A stretch of DNA of 64,000 bases from an uncultured Sphingomonadaceae bacterium (GCA_903871605.1 CAIQHF010000043.1:34721-98720), one strand, 5' to 3'. Shown: positions 18,587-28,885, numbered from the stretch's first letter. Numbers and translations are program-made. Notes: generated from the letters alone by a model not told the origin.

Positions 18587-20035
18587 ATGGCGACGCTGGC
18601 AACCCCGATGATCACGCGCGAGAACCCCGCCCGGCCGTCCGAGACGGTCGGACAGGTTCGCGGGGACGATCCGGCGTCGGTCCGCTCGGCGGTCAAGCGC
18701 GCCGCCGCGGCGCAGACCGCCTGGGCGGCGCGGTCGCTGGAGGAGCGGACGCGGATCGTGCTCGCCGCCATCGATCGCGCCGCCGATCAGGCGCCCGAAC
18801 TGGGCCGCCTGCTGTCGCGCGAGATGGGCAAGCTGCTGCCCGATTGCCTGGGCGAGCTACGCTTCGCCCGCGCGCTCGCGCACGACCTCGCCGCCCGCGC
18901 GGCGCGACTGCTTCCCGATCAGCCGCGCGGCGAGGGTCCGGGCCGTCGCGTCGTCCGGCGCCGACCCTGCGGCGTCATCGCCGCGATCGTTCCCTGGAAC
19001 GCGCCGATCATCCTCGCGATGACCAAGATCGCGCCCGCGCTGATCTCGGGCAACGCGGTGGTCGTCAAACCCTCGCCGCTCTCGCCGCTTGCGCTGAGCG
19101 CGCTGATCACGGCAATCGCCGCGAACCTGCCCGATCCGGTGCTGCACGTCGTCAATGGCGGCGCCGAGGTCGGCGAGGCGCTGGTCGGTGCGGCCGAGAT
19201 CACCAAGGTCGCCTTCACCGGCGGCACAGCGGTCGGCGGCGCGGTGCTGCGCCAGGCTTCCGCGCGGTTCCTGCCCTGCGTGATGGAGCTCGGCGGCAAC
19301 GATCCGCTCGTCGTGCTCGACGATTTCGATCCGACGCCCGAGGCGATGGAGGCGATCGTCTGGGGCACCTTCCTCAACGCCGGACAGGTCTGCATGGCGG
19401 CCAAACGGCTGCTCGTACCGCAGGCGATGGTGCCGCGCTTCACCGATGCCTATGTCGATGTCGCGCGCCGCCTGTTCCGCCTGGGCGATCCCACCGCGGA
19501 GGGCGTGACGATGGGGCCGCTGATCAGCGCCGCCGCGCGCGGCCAGATCGCCGCGCTCGCCGAGGATTCGGCGCGGCGTGGCGGCACCGTCATCGATCTG
19601 CTCGAGCCGGGTGACCGCACGCCCGACGACGGCTATTTCCTGCCCCCGCGACTGGTCACCGGGCTGGGCGGCGACGCACCGCTGGTCGCCGAGGAGCAGT
19701 TCGGCCCGATCGTGCCGATCACCGGCTATCGCGACGAGGCCGAGATGCTCCAGCTCGCCAATGCGGGCGATCTCGGCCTCAGCGCATCGGTATGGACCGC
19801 CGACGGCGATCGCGGGTGGGCGCTGGTCGGCCGCATCCGCGCCGGTCTGTGCCTGGTCAACGCGCACAACCGCAGCGGCTTCGCATTCGACCTGCCGTTC
19901 GGCGGGATCGGTTCGAGCGGCTTCGGCCGCGAATATGGCGACGAGGGCCTGCTCGAATATTCCCAGCTCCAGTCGATGCATGCCCCCGCGCAACGCGCCG
20001 GCGGGGGCGCCGCCTATCCCACCACCGGCACCTGA
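18587..20035 (+). CDS. Aldehyde dehydrogenase
   Basis: PWN, KPS, FTGG, MELGGND, GQVC, EEQFGP. Confidence 0.95.
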   Translation: MATLATPMITRENPARPSETVGQVRGDDPASVRSAVKRAAAAQTAWAARSLEERTRIVLAAIDRAADQAPELGRLLSREMGKLLPDCLGELRFARALAHDLAARAARLLPDQPRGEGPGRRVVRRRPCGVIAAIVPWNAPIILAMTKIAPALISGNAVVVKPSPLSPLALSALITAIAANLPDPVLHVVNGGAEVGEALVGAAEITKVAFTGGTAVGGAVLRQASARFLPCVMELGGNDPLVVLDDFDPTPEAMEAIVWGTFLNAGQVCMAAKRLLVPQAMVPRFTDAYVDVARRLFRLGDPTAEGVTMGPLISAAARGQIAALAEDSARRGGTVIDLLEPGDRTPDDGYFLPPRLVTGLGGDAPLVAEEQFGPIVPITGYRDEAEMLQLANAGDLGLSASVWTADGDRGWALVGRIRAGLCLVNAHNRSGFAFDLPFGGIGSSGFGREYGDEGLLEYSQLQSMHAPAQRAGGGAAYPTTGT

Positions 20036-20046
20036 AGGATAATCGG

Positions 20047-21414
20047 TTGCACCAGACCATCGCGCAGGCGGATCGCGTCTCCGTAGCGGCCAAGATCGGC
20101 TACGGCGTCGGCGCCGTCGGCGGGCAAATCTTCCGTGACACGCCGGCGCTGATCCTGCCGATCTACATGATCACCGTGCTGGGCGTTCCGGCATGGATGG
20201 CGGGGATCGCGATCCTGATCCCCAAGGCGTGGATCATCTTCTGGGATCCGCTGGTCGGCGGCTGGTCCGATCGCAAGCGCAGCACGTGGGGGCGCGCGCC
20301 GTTCCTGCTTGCCGGCGCCTTGCTGGCGGGACTGGCCTTCGTGCTGATGTTCAGCGCACCCGATTTCGCGTCGCCCTGGGCGTCGGCGGGCTACATCACC
20401 TTCGCCTTCGCGCTGGCATCGACCGCCTACAGCCTGTTTTCGGTGCCCTATCTGTCCGCCGCGGCGGAGATGAGCGGCGATCCGCGCGAACGCACGCGCA
20501 TCCTCGCGGTGCGGATCTGCTTCCTCTCGGTCGGCGTTGCGGTGGGCGGCTATGCGCTGCCGGCCGCTCACGCGTTCGGGCCCGGCTGGACGGGCTTCAA
20601 CCGGATGGGAATGGTCTATGGCCTCGCCTGCGCGGTGACGATGTTGGTCACCTACGCGACGGTGCGCCGCCTCAAGCTGGTCGCCGCCGCCGCGCACGAG
20701 AGCGGCCCGGGCACCGGGCGTGGCGACATCCGCGCGATCTGGGCGAACAAGCCGTTCGTCATGCTCGCCGCGACCTATTTCATCGCGCTCACCGCGCAGG
20801 CGCTCACCTACACCGTGTTCGGGCTCTATTTCGTCTATATCATCAAGGATGCCGGCGCGCTTGCGATCGTCGGCGTGTCCGCGGCGCTGTCGGTGGTCGC
20901 CGGTCAGCCGCTGACGGTGTGGCTCAATCGCCGCATGTCGAAGCGCGCGCTGTTCACGCTTGGCATCGTCGGCTGGGGGCTCTGCTGCCTGTCGTTCATC
21001 ACCGCCGGCGCGGCCGAGACGGCATGGATCCCGAGCCATTTCGGGATCGCGATACCCCAGGCGATCCTGCTCGGCGGACGCGCCTTCGTCTGGGGCATGT
21101 TCAACTCGATGTACCTGCTGATGGCACTGTCGATGCTCACCGATACGATCAACGTCGATCGCCTGCGCACCGGCGTCGCGCGCAGCGGCGTCTATTCGGG
21201 CATATTCGGGGCGCTCGAAAAGGTCGGCTTCGCGCTCGGCCCGGCGATCGCCGGCGTCATTCTGAGCGCGGGGGGCTTTGCCGGCGCCAAGGGCGGCGGC
21301 ATGGTCGCGGAGACGCCCGCCGCGCTCACCACGTTGCTGCTCTGCTTCTGCGTCTTCCCGCCGCTTCTCGCAGGCGCCAGCCTGATCCCCTTCAGCCGCT
21401 ATGTGGACAAATGA
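20047..21414 (+). CDS. MFS transporter (GPH/MelB-like cation symporter)
   Basis: KIGYGVG, WDPLVGGWSDR..STWGRAPFLL, SVPYLS; TTG start after GAAGGA (start uncertain). Confidence 0.88.
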   Translation: MHQTIAQADRVSVAAKIGYGVGAVGGQIFRDTPALILPIYMITVLGVPAWMAGIAILIPKAWIIFWDPLVGGWSDRKRSTWGRAPFLLAGALLAGLAFVLMFSAPDFASPWASAGYITFAFALASTAYSLFSVPYLSAAAEMSGDPRERTRILAVRICFLSVGVAVGGYALPAAHAFGPGWTGFNRMGMVYGLACAVTMLVTYATVRRLKLVAAAAHESGPGTGRGDIRAIWANKPFVMLAATYFIALTAQALTYTVFGLYFVYIIKDAGALAIVGVSAALSVVAGQPLTVWLNRRMSKRALFTLGIVGWGLCCLSFITAGAAETAWIPSHFGIAIPQAILLGGRAFVWGMFNSMYLLMALSMLTDTINVDRLRTGVARSGVYSGIFGALEKVGFALGPAIAGVILSAGGFAGAKGGGMVAETPAALTTLLLCFCVFPPLLAGASLIPFSRYVDK

Positions 21415-22622
21415 CGATGGCCAGCGAAGCAATCAACGACGGCGCAGACGCGCGGCGCGTATCGCATGACACGCTGCGCCGCGATCTGGTCGACCGGTTG
21501 CGCGACGGCCGCACCGACATGGCGGCGGCGCCCATGGAGATCCCGCGCGCCGAATATGTCGATCCGGCGCGTCATGCCCGCGAGCGCGAGGCGTTCCGAC
21601 GCATCCCGATCCTCGCCTGCCTGAGCAACGACATCCCGAACCCCGGCGACAAGCTTCTGTTCGACGCGCTCGGCCCCGAGATACTGGTGCTCCGCGACGG
21701 CGAGGGCGTCGCCCGTGCCTTTCTCAACATCTGCCCGCACCGCGCGGCGCGCGTCGTCACCACCTGCGACGACCGCAAGCGGATGACCTGCCGCTTCCAC
21801 GGCTGGACCTTCGATCTCGAAGGCACGCTGATCGGCCTGCCTGGCAAGGAGGGCTTCGCCGGGCTCGATCGCGCCGAACACGGGCTGATCGCCGTGCCGA
21901 TCGCCGAATGGGCCGGCATGATCTTCGTCCGCGGCGATCCCGACGGCGGCCCGATCGACGTCGCGGCCCATCTCGGCGACTTTGCCGACGAGCTCCGCCA
22001 CCTCGAGCTCGACAAGGCCCGCCCCGCCCGCCACAGCCGGGTCGAATCGCGCACCAACTGGAAATATGCGTGGGACACCTATTGCGAGAGCTACCATTTC
22101 GCGACGCTGCACGCGACGACGGTCGCGCCGCGGCTGGTCTCGAACGTGATGGCGATGACGCCCTTTGGACGACATGCGCGGATGGGCTTTCCCCGCAAGG
22201 ACTGGCGCGCGCTCGCCGACCAGCCCGAGGCGGCCTGGCCGGCCAACGACTATGGCGGCAATTATTTCATCTTCCCTAACATCAACATGAACGTCTCCGC
22301 CGGCCCCAATGGCGAGATGTTCTACGGCTTCTATCATCTCTATCCGGGTGAAGAGCCCGGCCACACCGTCACGCGCATGGCGACCTATCGCCCCGGCCAT
22401 GCCGACGGGCCGCAACCCGATTCGGACTGGGCGGACCTCCACGACTTCATCGAAGGCGTCGTCGTCACCGAAGATTACAGCGTGTCCGAGGAAGGCTATC
22501 GCAATCTCCTTCATGCCCCGCGCGACTTTCGATCGATACTGGGCGCGAACGAAATCCTCGTGCAGAAATGGCATGACGACTGGAACGCGCAATTGGCCGA
22601 ACTCGGGCTGGTCGAAGGCTGA
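21411..22622 (+). CDS. Rieske non-heme iron oxygenase alpha subunit (choline monooxygenase/CntA-like group)
   Basis: CPHR...CRFHGW Rieske motif, ESYHFATLH and EDY iron ligands. Confidence 0.9.
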   Translation: MTMASEAINDGADARRVSHDTLRRDLVDRLRDGRTDMAAAPMEIPRAEYVDPARHAREREAFRRIPILACLSNDIPNPGDKLLFDALGPEILVLRDGEGVARAFLNICPHRAARVVTTCDDRKRMTCRFHGWTFDLEGTLIGLPGKEGFAGLDRAEHGLIAVPIAEWAGMIFVRGDPDGGPIDVAAHLGDFADELRHLELDKARPARHSRVESRTNWKYAWDTYCESYHFATLHATTVAPRLVSNVMAMTPFGRHARMGFPRKDWRALADQPEAAWPANDYGGNYFIFPNINMNVSAGPNGEMFYGFYHLYPGEEPGHTVTRMATYRPGHADGPQPDSDWADLHDFIEGVVVTEDYSVSEEGYRNLLHAPRDFRSILGANEILVQKWHDDWNAQLAELGLVEG

Positions 22623-22645
22623 GCCCGCAACACCGGATTGAGACC

Positions 22646-23773
22646 ATGACCACCATCACCGCCGCCGTGCTCGATCGCTGCGGCGACAATCCGCGCCCCT
22701 ATGCCCGGTCGATGCCGCTCTCGCTGCGCCGATTGACGCTCGACGCGCCGCGACCGGGTGAGTTGCTGATCCGCATCGATGCGGCCGGGCTGTGTCATTC
22801 CGACCTGTCGGTGGTGAACGGCGACCGGCCACGCCCGATGCCGATGGCGATCGGACACGAGGCGACCGGCATCGTCGAGGCGCTGGGCGATCCGCAGGAG
22901 ACGGGCTTCGCGGTCGGCGACCGCGTCATCCTCGCCTTCCTGCCGGCTTGCGGTGAATGCGTGCGCTGCCGATCGGGCGAGGCCTATATGTGCGCGGTCG
23001 GTGCGGCGGCGAACGGCGAGGGCCGGATGCTCGGCGGCGGCTGCCGTTTGCACGATGGCGACCATGACGTGATGCATCATCTGGGTGTCTCCGCCTTCGC
23101 GACGCACGCGGTGGTCGATCGGCGCTCGGCGGTGAAGGTCGATGCGGGCATGCCGCCCGAGATCGCCGCCTTGTTCGGCTGCGCGGTGCTGACCGGCGTC
23201 GGCGCGGTGATGAACTCGGCGGTGGTGCGCCCCGGCGAAAGCGCGGTGGTCTATGGGCTGGGCGGCGTCGGCCTCGCCGCGCTGCTCGGGCTGCGCGCAA
23301 GCGGCGCGACGCCGATCCTCGCGATCGACCCTTTTGGCGACAAGCGCGCGATCGCCGAGAAGCTTGGCGCGATCGCCGTGCCTCCCGAAGAGGCAGATGC
23401 CGCGATCGCGGCGCATTTTCCCGACGGCGGCGCCGATGTCGTGATCGAGACGGTCGGCAAGGCGGCGGTGCTGCGCGCGGCGTTCAAGGCGGCGCGGCGC
23501 GGTGGACGGATCGTGACGGTCGGCCTGCCGAACCCGGCCGAGTTGCTCGATCTGCCCGCGGTGGCGTTCGTCGCCGAGGGCAAGACGCTGATCGGGTCCT
23601 ATATGGGCTCGGCGATCCCGGCGCGCGACATTCCGCGCTACGTCGCGCTGTGGAAGGCGGGGCGGCTGCCGGTCGAGACGCTGCTCACCTCGGTGCACCG
23701 GCTCGACGAGATCAACACGCTGCTCGACGCGCTGGCGGACGGCCGCGCCATCCGCCAGATCGTGGTGCCGTAG
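22646..23773 (+). CDS. Zn-dependent alcohol dehydrogenase
   Basis: GLCHSD, GHEATG, CGECVRCRSG...C structural Zn, GLGGVG. Confidence 0.93.
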   Translation: MTTITAAVLDRCGDNPRPYARSMPLSLRRLTLDAPRPGELLIRIDAAGLCHSDLSVVNGDRPRPMPMAIGHEATGIVEALGDPQETGFAVGDRVILAFLPACGECVRCRSGEAYMCAVGAAANGEGRMLGGGCRLHDGDHDVMHHLGVSAFATHAVVDRRSAVKVDAGMPPEIAALFGCAVLTGVGAVMNSAVVRPGESAVVYGLGGVGLAALLGLRASGATPILAIDPFGDKRAIAEKLGAIAVPPEEADAAIAAHFPDGGADVVIETVGKAAVLRAAFKAARRGGRIVTVGLPNPAELLDLPAVAFVAEGKTLIGSYMGSAIPARDIPRYVALWKAGRLPVETLLTSVHRLDEINTLLDALADGRAIRQIVVP

Positions 23774-23789
23774 ACGCCGGCTTCACGGC

Positions 23790-24650
23790 TCAGCCGACCT
23801 CGTTCCATTTGCGGTCGAATGCCCAGACATCCTCGAAGCCGATCAGCCCGCAGAAGGTCTTGAAGTCGAACATCGCCATGTCGGCGGGCTCGCCGTCGCC
23901 GTGATCGCGCAGCTTGATCAGCGCGGTCTCGATCGCCGAGGCGGCGATCAGCGAGGTGAGCGAGGGATAGATGGCGAAGGCGTAGCCGATGTCCGCCAGC
24001 ACGTCGCCCTTGAGCACCGGGGTCAGGCCACCATTGGCCATGTTCGCCATCACGGGCACATCGAAGGCGGCGCACGCCGTGCGCATCTCCGCCACGCTGG
24101 TGAGCGCCTCCGGGAAGAGCACGTCCGCGCCCGCCTTGGCATAGGCCTCCAGCCGCCGCATCGTGCCGTCGAGCCCCTCCGATTGGCGCGCATCGGTACG
24201 CGCGATCACCAGCATGTCCTCGCGCGCCTCGACCGCGACCTTGATCTTGGCGACCATCTGCTCGATCGGGACGACGCGCTTATACGGGGTGTGCCCGCAT
24301 TTCTTGGGGAATTCCTGATCCTCCAGCTGGATCGCGGAAACGCCGGCCGCCTCATAGCCCTTCACCGTATGGTGGACGTTGAGCAGACCGCCATAGCCGG
24401 TGTCCGCGTCGGCGATCAGCGCCGCCTTGCTGGTGCGCTTGATCGTCGCCATGCGATCGACCATCTCGCTATAGCCGACGATGCCGGCATCGGGCAGCCC
24501 ATAGGCGGAGGCGGTCAGCCAATAGCCGGTGCCATAGACGATCTCGAAGCCGACGCGATCCGCGATCACCGCCGCGATCATGTCGTGCACGCCGGGTACG
24601 ACGAAAAATTTTTGGGTGGCGAGTTTGTCGCGCAGGCGGGTGTCAGTCAT
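23790..24650 (-). CDS. Isocitrate lyase/PEP mutase family C-C lyase (2,3-dimethylmalate lyase/PrpB-like)
   Basis: DADTGYG, LEDQEFPKKCGH, IARTDA. Confidence 0.9.
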   Translation of the reverse strand: MTDTRLRDKLATQKFFVVPGVHDMIAAVIADRVGFEIVYGTGYWLTASAYGLPDAGIVGYSEMVDRMATIKRTSKAALIADADTGYGGLLNVHHTVKGYEAAGVSAIQLEDQEFPKKCGHTPYKRVVPIEQMVAKIKVAVEAREDMLVIARTDARQSEGLDGTMRRLEAYAKAGADVLFPEALTSVAEMRTACAAFDVPVMANMANGGLTPVLKGDVLADIGYAFAIYPSLTSLIAASAIETALIKLRDHGDGEPADMAMFDFKTFCGLIGFEDVWAFDRKWNEVG

Positions 24651-25248
24651 GATGTCCTTCTGTCGTCCAGAGCCATGGCGCAGCCTTTCGCTGCACGGTT
24701 TCGAATCGCGCTATGTCGTCCGCGTGGAGTGCGCGTATCCGCGCGATCTCGTCCCAGCCGTTGAGCAGCGACTGACGGCGATCCTCGCTGATCGCGAACC
24801 GGAACGGCCCGGTGTCGGGCAGCGCGAGCGTGCCGGCGGCGAGATCGAGATCGAAGATCGCGCCCGCGCGCGCTGCCTCGTGCAGCCGAGCGATGGTCGG
24901 AGCCGGCAGAATGATCGGCAACATGCCGTTCTTGAAGCAGTTGGAATGGAATATCTCGCCGAAGCTCGGTGCGACGATCACCCGGAAGCCGAGGTCCGCC
25001 AATGCCCAGGGCGCCTGTTCGCGGCTCGAGCCGCACCCGAAATTGGCGCCCGCGACGAGGAAGGGCGCAGCCGGCATGTCGTCGGTGATGGGGAAGCCGG
25101 GATCGCTGCGTCGATCGTGGAACGCGTAACGCCCTAGCCCCCGCTTCTCGGTGATCAGCAGATAGCGCGCCGGGTAGATGATGTCCGTGTCGACGTCCGC
25201 CTCGGGCATCGAGATAGCGCGACCGCGCAGCGTGTCGAGCGCGCGCAT
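24643..25248 (-). CDS. leuD: 3-isopropylmalate dehydratase small subunit-like protein
   Basis: DVDTDIIYPAR, GANFGCGSSREQAPWAL, SFGEIFHSNCFKNG; physiological substrate may differ. Confidence 0.9.
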   Translation of the reverse strand: MRALDTLRGRAISMPEADVDTDIIYPARYLLITEKRGLGRYAFHDRRSDPGFPITDDMPAAPFLVAGANFGCGSSREQAPWALADLGFRVIVAPSFGEIFHSNCFKNGMLPIILPAPTIARLHEAARAGAIFDLDLAAGTLALPDTGPFRFAISEDRRQSLLNGWDEIARIRALHADDIARFETVQRKAAPWLWTTEGHHD

Positions 25249-26660
25249 CAGTGCCACGCCCGGATATCGGTGATGCGGCCGGTCAGCGCCGCCGCCGCAG
25301 CCATGGCGGGGCTCATCAGATGCGTGCGCGCGCCCACGCCCTGACGCCCCTCGAAATTGCGGTTGGAGGTCGATGCGCACCGCGCGCCCGGCGGCAAGCG
25401 GTCGTCGTTCATCGCCACGCACAGCGAGCAGCCGGCGTCGCGCCAGAGAAAGCCCGCGCGCGTGAATAAGCGGTCGAGTCCCTCGGCCTCGGCCTGCCGG
25501 CGCACCGCATCGGATCCCGGGACGACGAGCGCGCGCACGCCATCCGCGACATGGCGATCGCCGACCATCGCGGCGGCCGCGCGCAGATCCTCGATCCGCC
25601 CGTTGGTGCAGCTGCCGATGAAGGCATGGTCGATCGCGAGCCCGGCGAGCGGGCGACCGGATGTGATGTCCATATAGTCCAGCGCATGCGCGAGTCGCTC
25701 ACGCGCCGCCGCCGGGCTCGCGGTGGCCGGATCGGGTATGGCCTCGTCGACGCCGAGCACCTGATCGGGACTGGTGCCAAAGGTAACCTGCGGCGCGAGC
25801 GATCCGAGGTCGATCTCGATCTCGCGATCGAATTGCGCCGCAGGGTCGCTCGCGAGCATCCGCCACGACGCCAGCGCCTGCTCCCACGCCCTGCCCGACG
25901 CCACGCGCGGCCGGCCGGCGAGATAGGCGAATGTCGTCTCGTCGGGCGCGATCAGCCCGGTTCGCGATCCCGCCTCGATCGCCATGTTGCAGAGCGTCAT
26001 GCGCGCCTCCATCGACAGCGCGCGGACCGCGGCGCCGGCATATTCGATCGCATAGCCGGACGCCCCGCCCGCGCCGATCTGCCCGATCATCGCGAGCACC
26101 ATATCCTTTGCGGTGATGTGGGGGCCCGGGGTGCCGGTGAAGCGGACGCGCATGCGCTTCGCCTTCTCCTGCCACAGCACCTGCGTCGCCATCACCGTGC
26201 CGCACTCGCTGGCACCGATCCCGAAGGCGAGCGCACCGAAGGCGCCGTGCGTCGCGGTGTGGCTGTCGCCGCAGACCAGCGTGATGCCCGGGATGGTGAA
26301 GCCCTGTTCGGGACCGATGACGTGGACGATACCCTGACCGGGGCCGTCGAGCGGCAGATATTCGATCCCGAAGGCGGCGCAGTTCGCCTCGAGCAGCGCC
26401 ACCTGCGCGCGCGCCTGCGGGTCGCCGATCGGGCTGCCGCGGTCGTGCGTCGGCACCGCATGATCGGCGACGGCCAATTGGGTCGCGGGGCGGTGCACGC
26501 CGATCCCCGCCTCGCGCAGCGCCTCGAACGATTGCGGCGTGCTCACCTCGTGGAGCAGGTGCCGGTCCACATACAGCAGCGCGCGCGCCTCGCCCTGCCC
26601 GGCCACGACGTGCGCGTCCCACAGCTTGTCGTACAATGTGCGTGCGATCTGCTCGGCCAT
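25248..26660 (-). CDS. leuC: 3-isopropylmalate dehydratase large subunit-like protein ([4Fe-4S])
   Basis: [45 protein letters not shown]; GGAGGA RBS; physiological substrate may differ. Confidence 0.92.
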   Translation of the reverse strand: MAEQIARTLYDKLWDAHVVAGQGEARALLYVDRHLLHEVSTPQSFEALREAGIGVHRPATQLAVADHAVPTHDRGSPIGDPQARAQVALLEANCAAFGIEYLPLDGPGQGIVHVIGPEQGFTIPGITLVCGDSHTATHGAFGALAFGIGASECGTVMATQVLWQEKAKRMRVRFTGTPGPHITAKDMVLAMIGQIGAGGASGYAIEYAGAAVRALSMEARMTLCNMAIEAGSRTGLIAPDETTFAYLAGRPRVASGRAWEQALASWRMLASDPAAQFDREIEIDLGSLAPQVTFGTSPDQVLGVDEAIPDPATASPAAARERLAHALDYMDITSGRPLAGLAIDHAFIGSCTNGRIEDLRAAAAMVGDRHVADGVRALVVPGSDAVRRQAEAEGLDRLFTRAGFLWRDAGCSLCVAMNDDRLPPGARCASTSNRNFEGRQGVGARTHLMSPAMAAAAALTGRITDIRAWH

Positions 26661-26834
26661 CCGGTCCTCCGGCGATTCCATGGGTGCGATCGGTCGGCGG
26701 GTCGACTGGCGGGACGGGTTTCTCCGCCCAGCGATCAGACTGCGGGAGGCGCGTTACTTTTCGCGCCGCGCCTGTTCCGATGTCGCCCGTTCTGCTGCTT
26801 TGCGTGTCGACCAGCCTCGTGACCGGAGACGGCC

Positions 26835-26957
26835 ATGGACCGCCTGCCACCCGATTATGCCAGCGTCGCGCTCCCGCTGCTGTGCACCGCCAGTTTCGTG
26901 TCGCTGGCGATCAGCCTTGCGATGATCTGGGCGCTGGGCGGATGGCCGATGATCTGA
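26835..26957 (+). CDS. Putative 40-aa single-pass membrane peptide
   Basis: GGAG RBS then MDRLPPDYASVALPLLCTASFVSLAISLAMIWALGGWPMI*; below the ORF-track cutoff. Confidence 0.45.
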   Translation: MDRLPPDYASVALPLLCTASFVSLAISLAMIWALGGWPMI

Positions 26958-27000
26958 ACCACGGCGCGACGGCCGCCGGCACCGCCCGCCCGCCGGCGGT

Positions 27001-27918
27001 TCATCCCGTCAGCTGGCCGGGAATGTGGCTCTCGTGGTTCTGGAGATACCAATCGGCGATCTCCTCGCGTGTCGCCCACCAGACCCCCGGCAGCGACTTG
27101 GCGTGCTCAATGAACTCCCTGAGCGCGCGGATCCGATGAGCGCGGCCCGAGACGTGCGGGTGCAGCCCGACGTTCATGATCCGGCCGGTGGTCGCGCCCT
27201 CCTCGTAGAGCACGTCGAGTTCCTCGATCAGCGCCTGGGCGAATTGGTCGGTGGTGAAGTTCTTGCGCGTGATGAAGGTGAAGTCGTTGATCTCGTTCGA
27301 ATAGGGCACGGAGACGATCGGCCCGTTGGGGGTGCGCAGCAGATAGGGCTGATCGTCGTTCATGATGTCGCAGTAGAAGGTGCACCCCTGTTCGGCGAGA
27401 ATGTCCGCCGTCTGCAACGTCCCGCGCAGCGAGGAGGAGAGCCAGCCCTTCGACTTGCGGCCGGTGAATTTCTCGAACTGATCGAGCGTGCGCAGCACGA
27501 TCTCGCGCTCCTTGGCCGGATCGCCCGCGAAGTTGGTGAGCAGCTCGCCCTGCTCCCAATTGTGCGTGAGCAGCTCCCAGCCGCGCTCGAGCACCGCGTC
27601 GGTCATCGCCTTGCGACGCTCGAAGGTGACCGCGTTGGTGGTGCAGCTCGCCTTGACGCCGAGCTTGTCGAACAGCTCGAACAGCCGCCAGATACCGACC
27701 CGCTGGCCATATTCGCGCCAGCTATAATTGGGGAAGTCGGGCGTGTTGCCGGGCAGTATGTCGGGCAGGATCGACGGGCCGCCGGCATAATAAGGCTTGT
27801 CGGTGTCCTTGGTGAGGTCCCACGTCTCGAGGTTGAAGGTCAGGATCAGAGCGACTCGCGCTCCGTTCGGCCATTTGAGCGGCTGGCGAGCGGGAAGCGG
27901 GACGTAATCATAATCCAT
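27001..27918 (-). CDS. Polysaccharide deacetylase-family (PuuE allantoinase-like) hydrolase
   Basis: KWPNGARVAL, REYGQRVGIWR, YSNEIND, LHPHVSGRAHR. Confidence 0.88.
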   Translation of the reverse strand: MDYDYVPLPARQPLKWPNGARVALILTFNLETWDLTKDTDKPYYAGGPSILPDILPGNTPDFPNYSWREYGQRVGIWRLFELFDKLGVKASCTTNAVTFERRKAMTDAVLERGWELLTHNWEQGELLTNFAGDPAKEREIVLRTLDQFEKFTGRKSKGWLSSSLRGTLQTADILAEQGCTFYCDIMNDDQPYLLRTPNGPIVSVPYSNEINDFTFITRKNFTTDQFAQALIEELDVLYEEGATTGRIMNVGLHPHVSGRAHRIRALREFIEHAKSLPGVWWATREEIADWYLQNHESHIPGQLTG

Positions 27919-27939
27919 CGCAGATTCTCCGTGAAAAGC

Positions 27940-28698
27940 TCAGAACTCGGCGAGAAGGCGACCGAAGCCGTCCATCTGGTCCGCAATGCCCATGGTGCGC
28001 AGCGCATGCCAGTAGGTGGCGGTATTGATCGCGATCACCGGCTTTTCCAACCAGAACTCCGCCATCGCCGCAACCTCTGCGAACGCCAGGTTGGTGCCGG
28101 CCTGGATGATCGCATCGACGCCTTCGGAGACCGCGATCGCGGTCCGCTTGAGCTTTTGCTTGTCCTCATGCGCGATCATCATCGGCGAAGGCGATTTGAG
28201 CCCGACGATGTGCACCACCTCATAGCCCTGATCCTCGAAGAACTTCTTCACATTGGCGTCGCCGACCGGCGCATAGGGGGTCAGGATGCCGATCTTCCGG
28301 ATCGGCGCGCGGCCCGTCTCATACGCCTTGATCGCCGCGTCGACCGCGGTCGACCCCATGATCACCGGCACGCCTCCAGTGCGCTCGAGCATTTTCTTGT
28401 GCAGCCGGTCGGCGCCCTCGGCACCGTCCCAGAACGTCTCTGCCGACATGCCCATGATCACGCAGCCCGGATCCATCGACATCGAGATGTCGACCGCGTC
28501 GAAGGTCGAATCGCGGATCGTCTGCAGCATCACCATGAAGCTGTCATCGTCGGTCACCCGTGTGTCGGGAATCGCGATGCGCGAGAAATGGTTGGTCACG
28601 CCGCGCGGCCGCATCGCCGCATATTCGGGCTCGACGCTGGTGTTCGTTGACGGGGCAACCACCGCAAACTTCATTCGATAGCCCAGGGAATCGGTCAC
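27940..28698 (-). CDS. Asp/Glu racemase-superfamily protein (maleate isomerase/arylmalonate decarboxylase-like)
   Basis: VVAPSTNTSVEPE, GILTPY, QAGTNL, PVIAIN; GTG start 28698. Confidence 0.82.
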   Translation of the reverse strand: MTDSLGYRMKFAVVAPSTNTSVEPEYAAMRPRGVTNHFSRIAIPDTRVTDDDSFMVMLQTIRDSTFDAVDISMSMDPGCVIMGMSAETFWDGAEGADRLHKKMLERTGGVPVIMGSTAVDAAIKAYETGRAPIRKIGILTPYAPVGDANVKKFFEDQGYEVVHIVGLKSPSPMMIAHEDKQKLKRTAIAVSEGVDAIIQAGTNLAFAEVAAMAEFWLEKPVIAINTATYWHALRTMGIADQMDGFGRLLAEF

Positions 28699-28885
28699 GG
28701 CGGCGGCCCTCTCATTGCTGCGGAACGCCTGTCTAGCCTCGCCGCCGGTCGCGGCGAACAACCGGCACCGCACCTCTCCGCGGTGCGGAGATATCATCGC
28801 GCGCCGCTGGCCACCTGACGGTCATTCTCGCGCGCCGGCCCTGCCTGCGCGACGCGCTCTGCTAACCGCGTCGCAGGGAGACGCT

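Noticed and set aside
23790-24650. Phosphonate biosynthesis PEP mutase
   Set aside because: Has KKCGH (lyase type) rather than the EDKxxxxxNS signature, and no phosphonate genes are nearby
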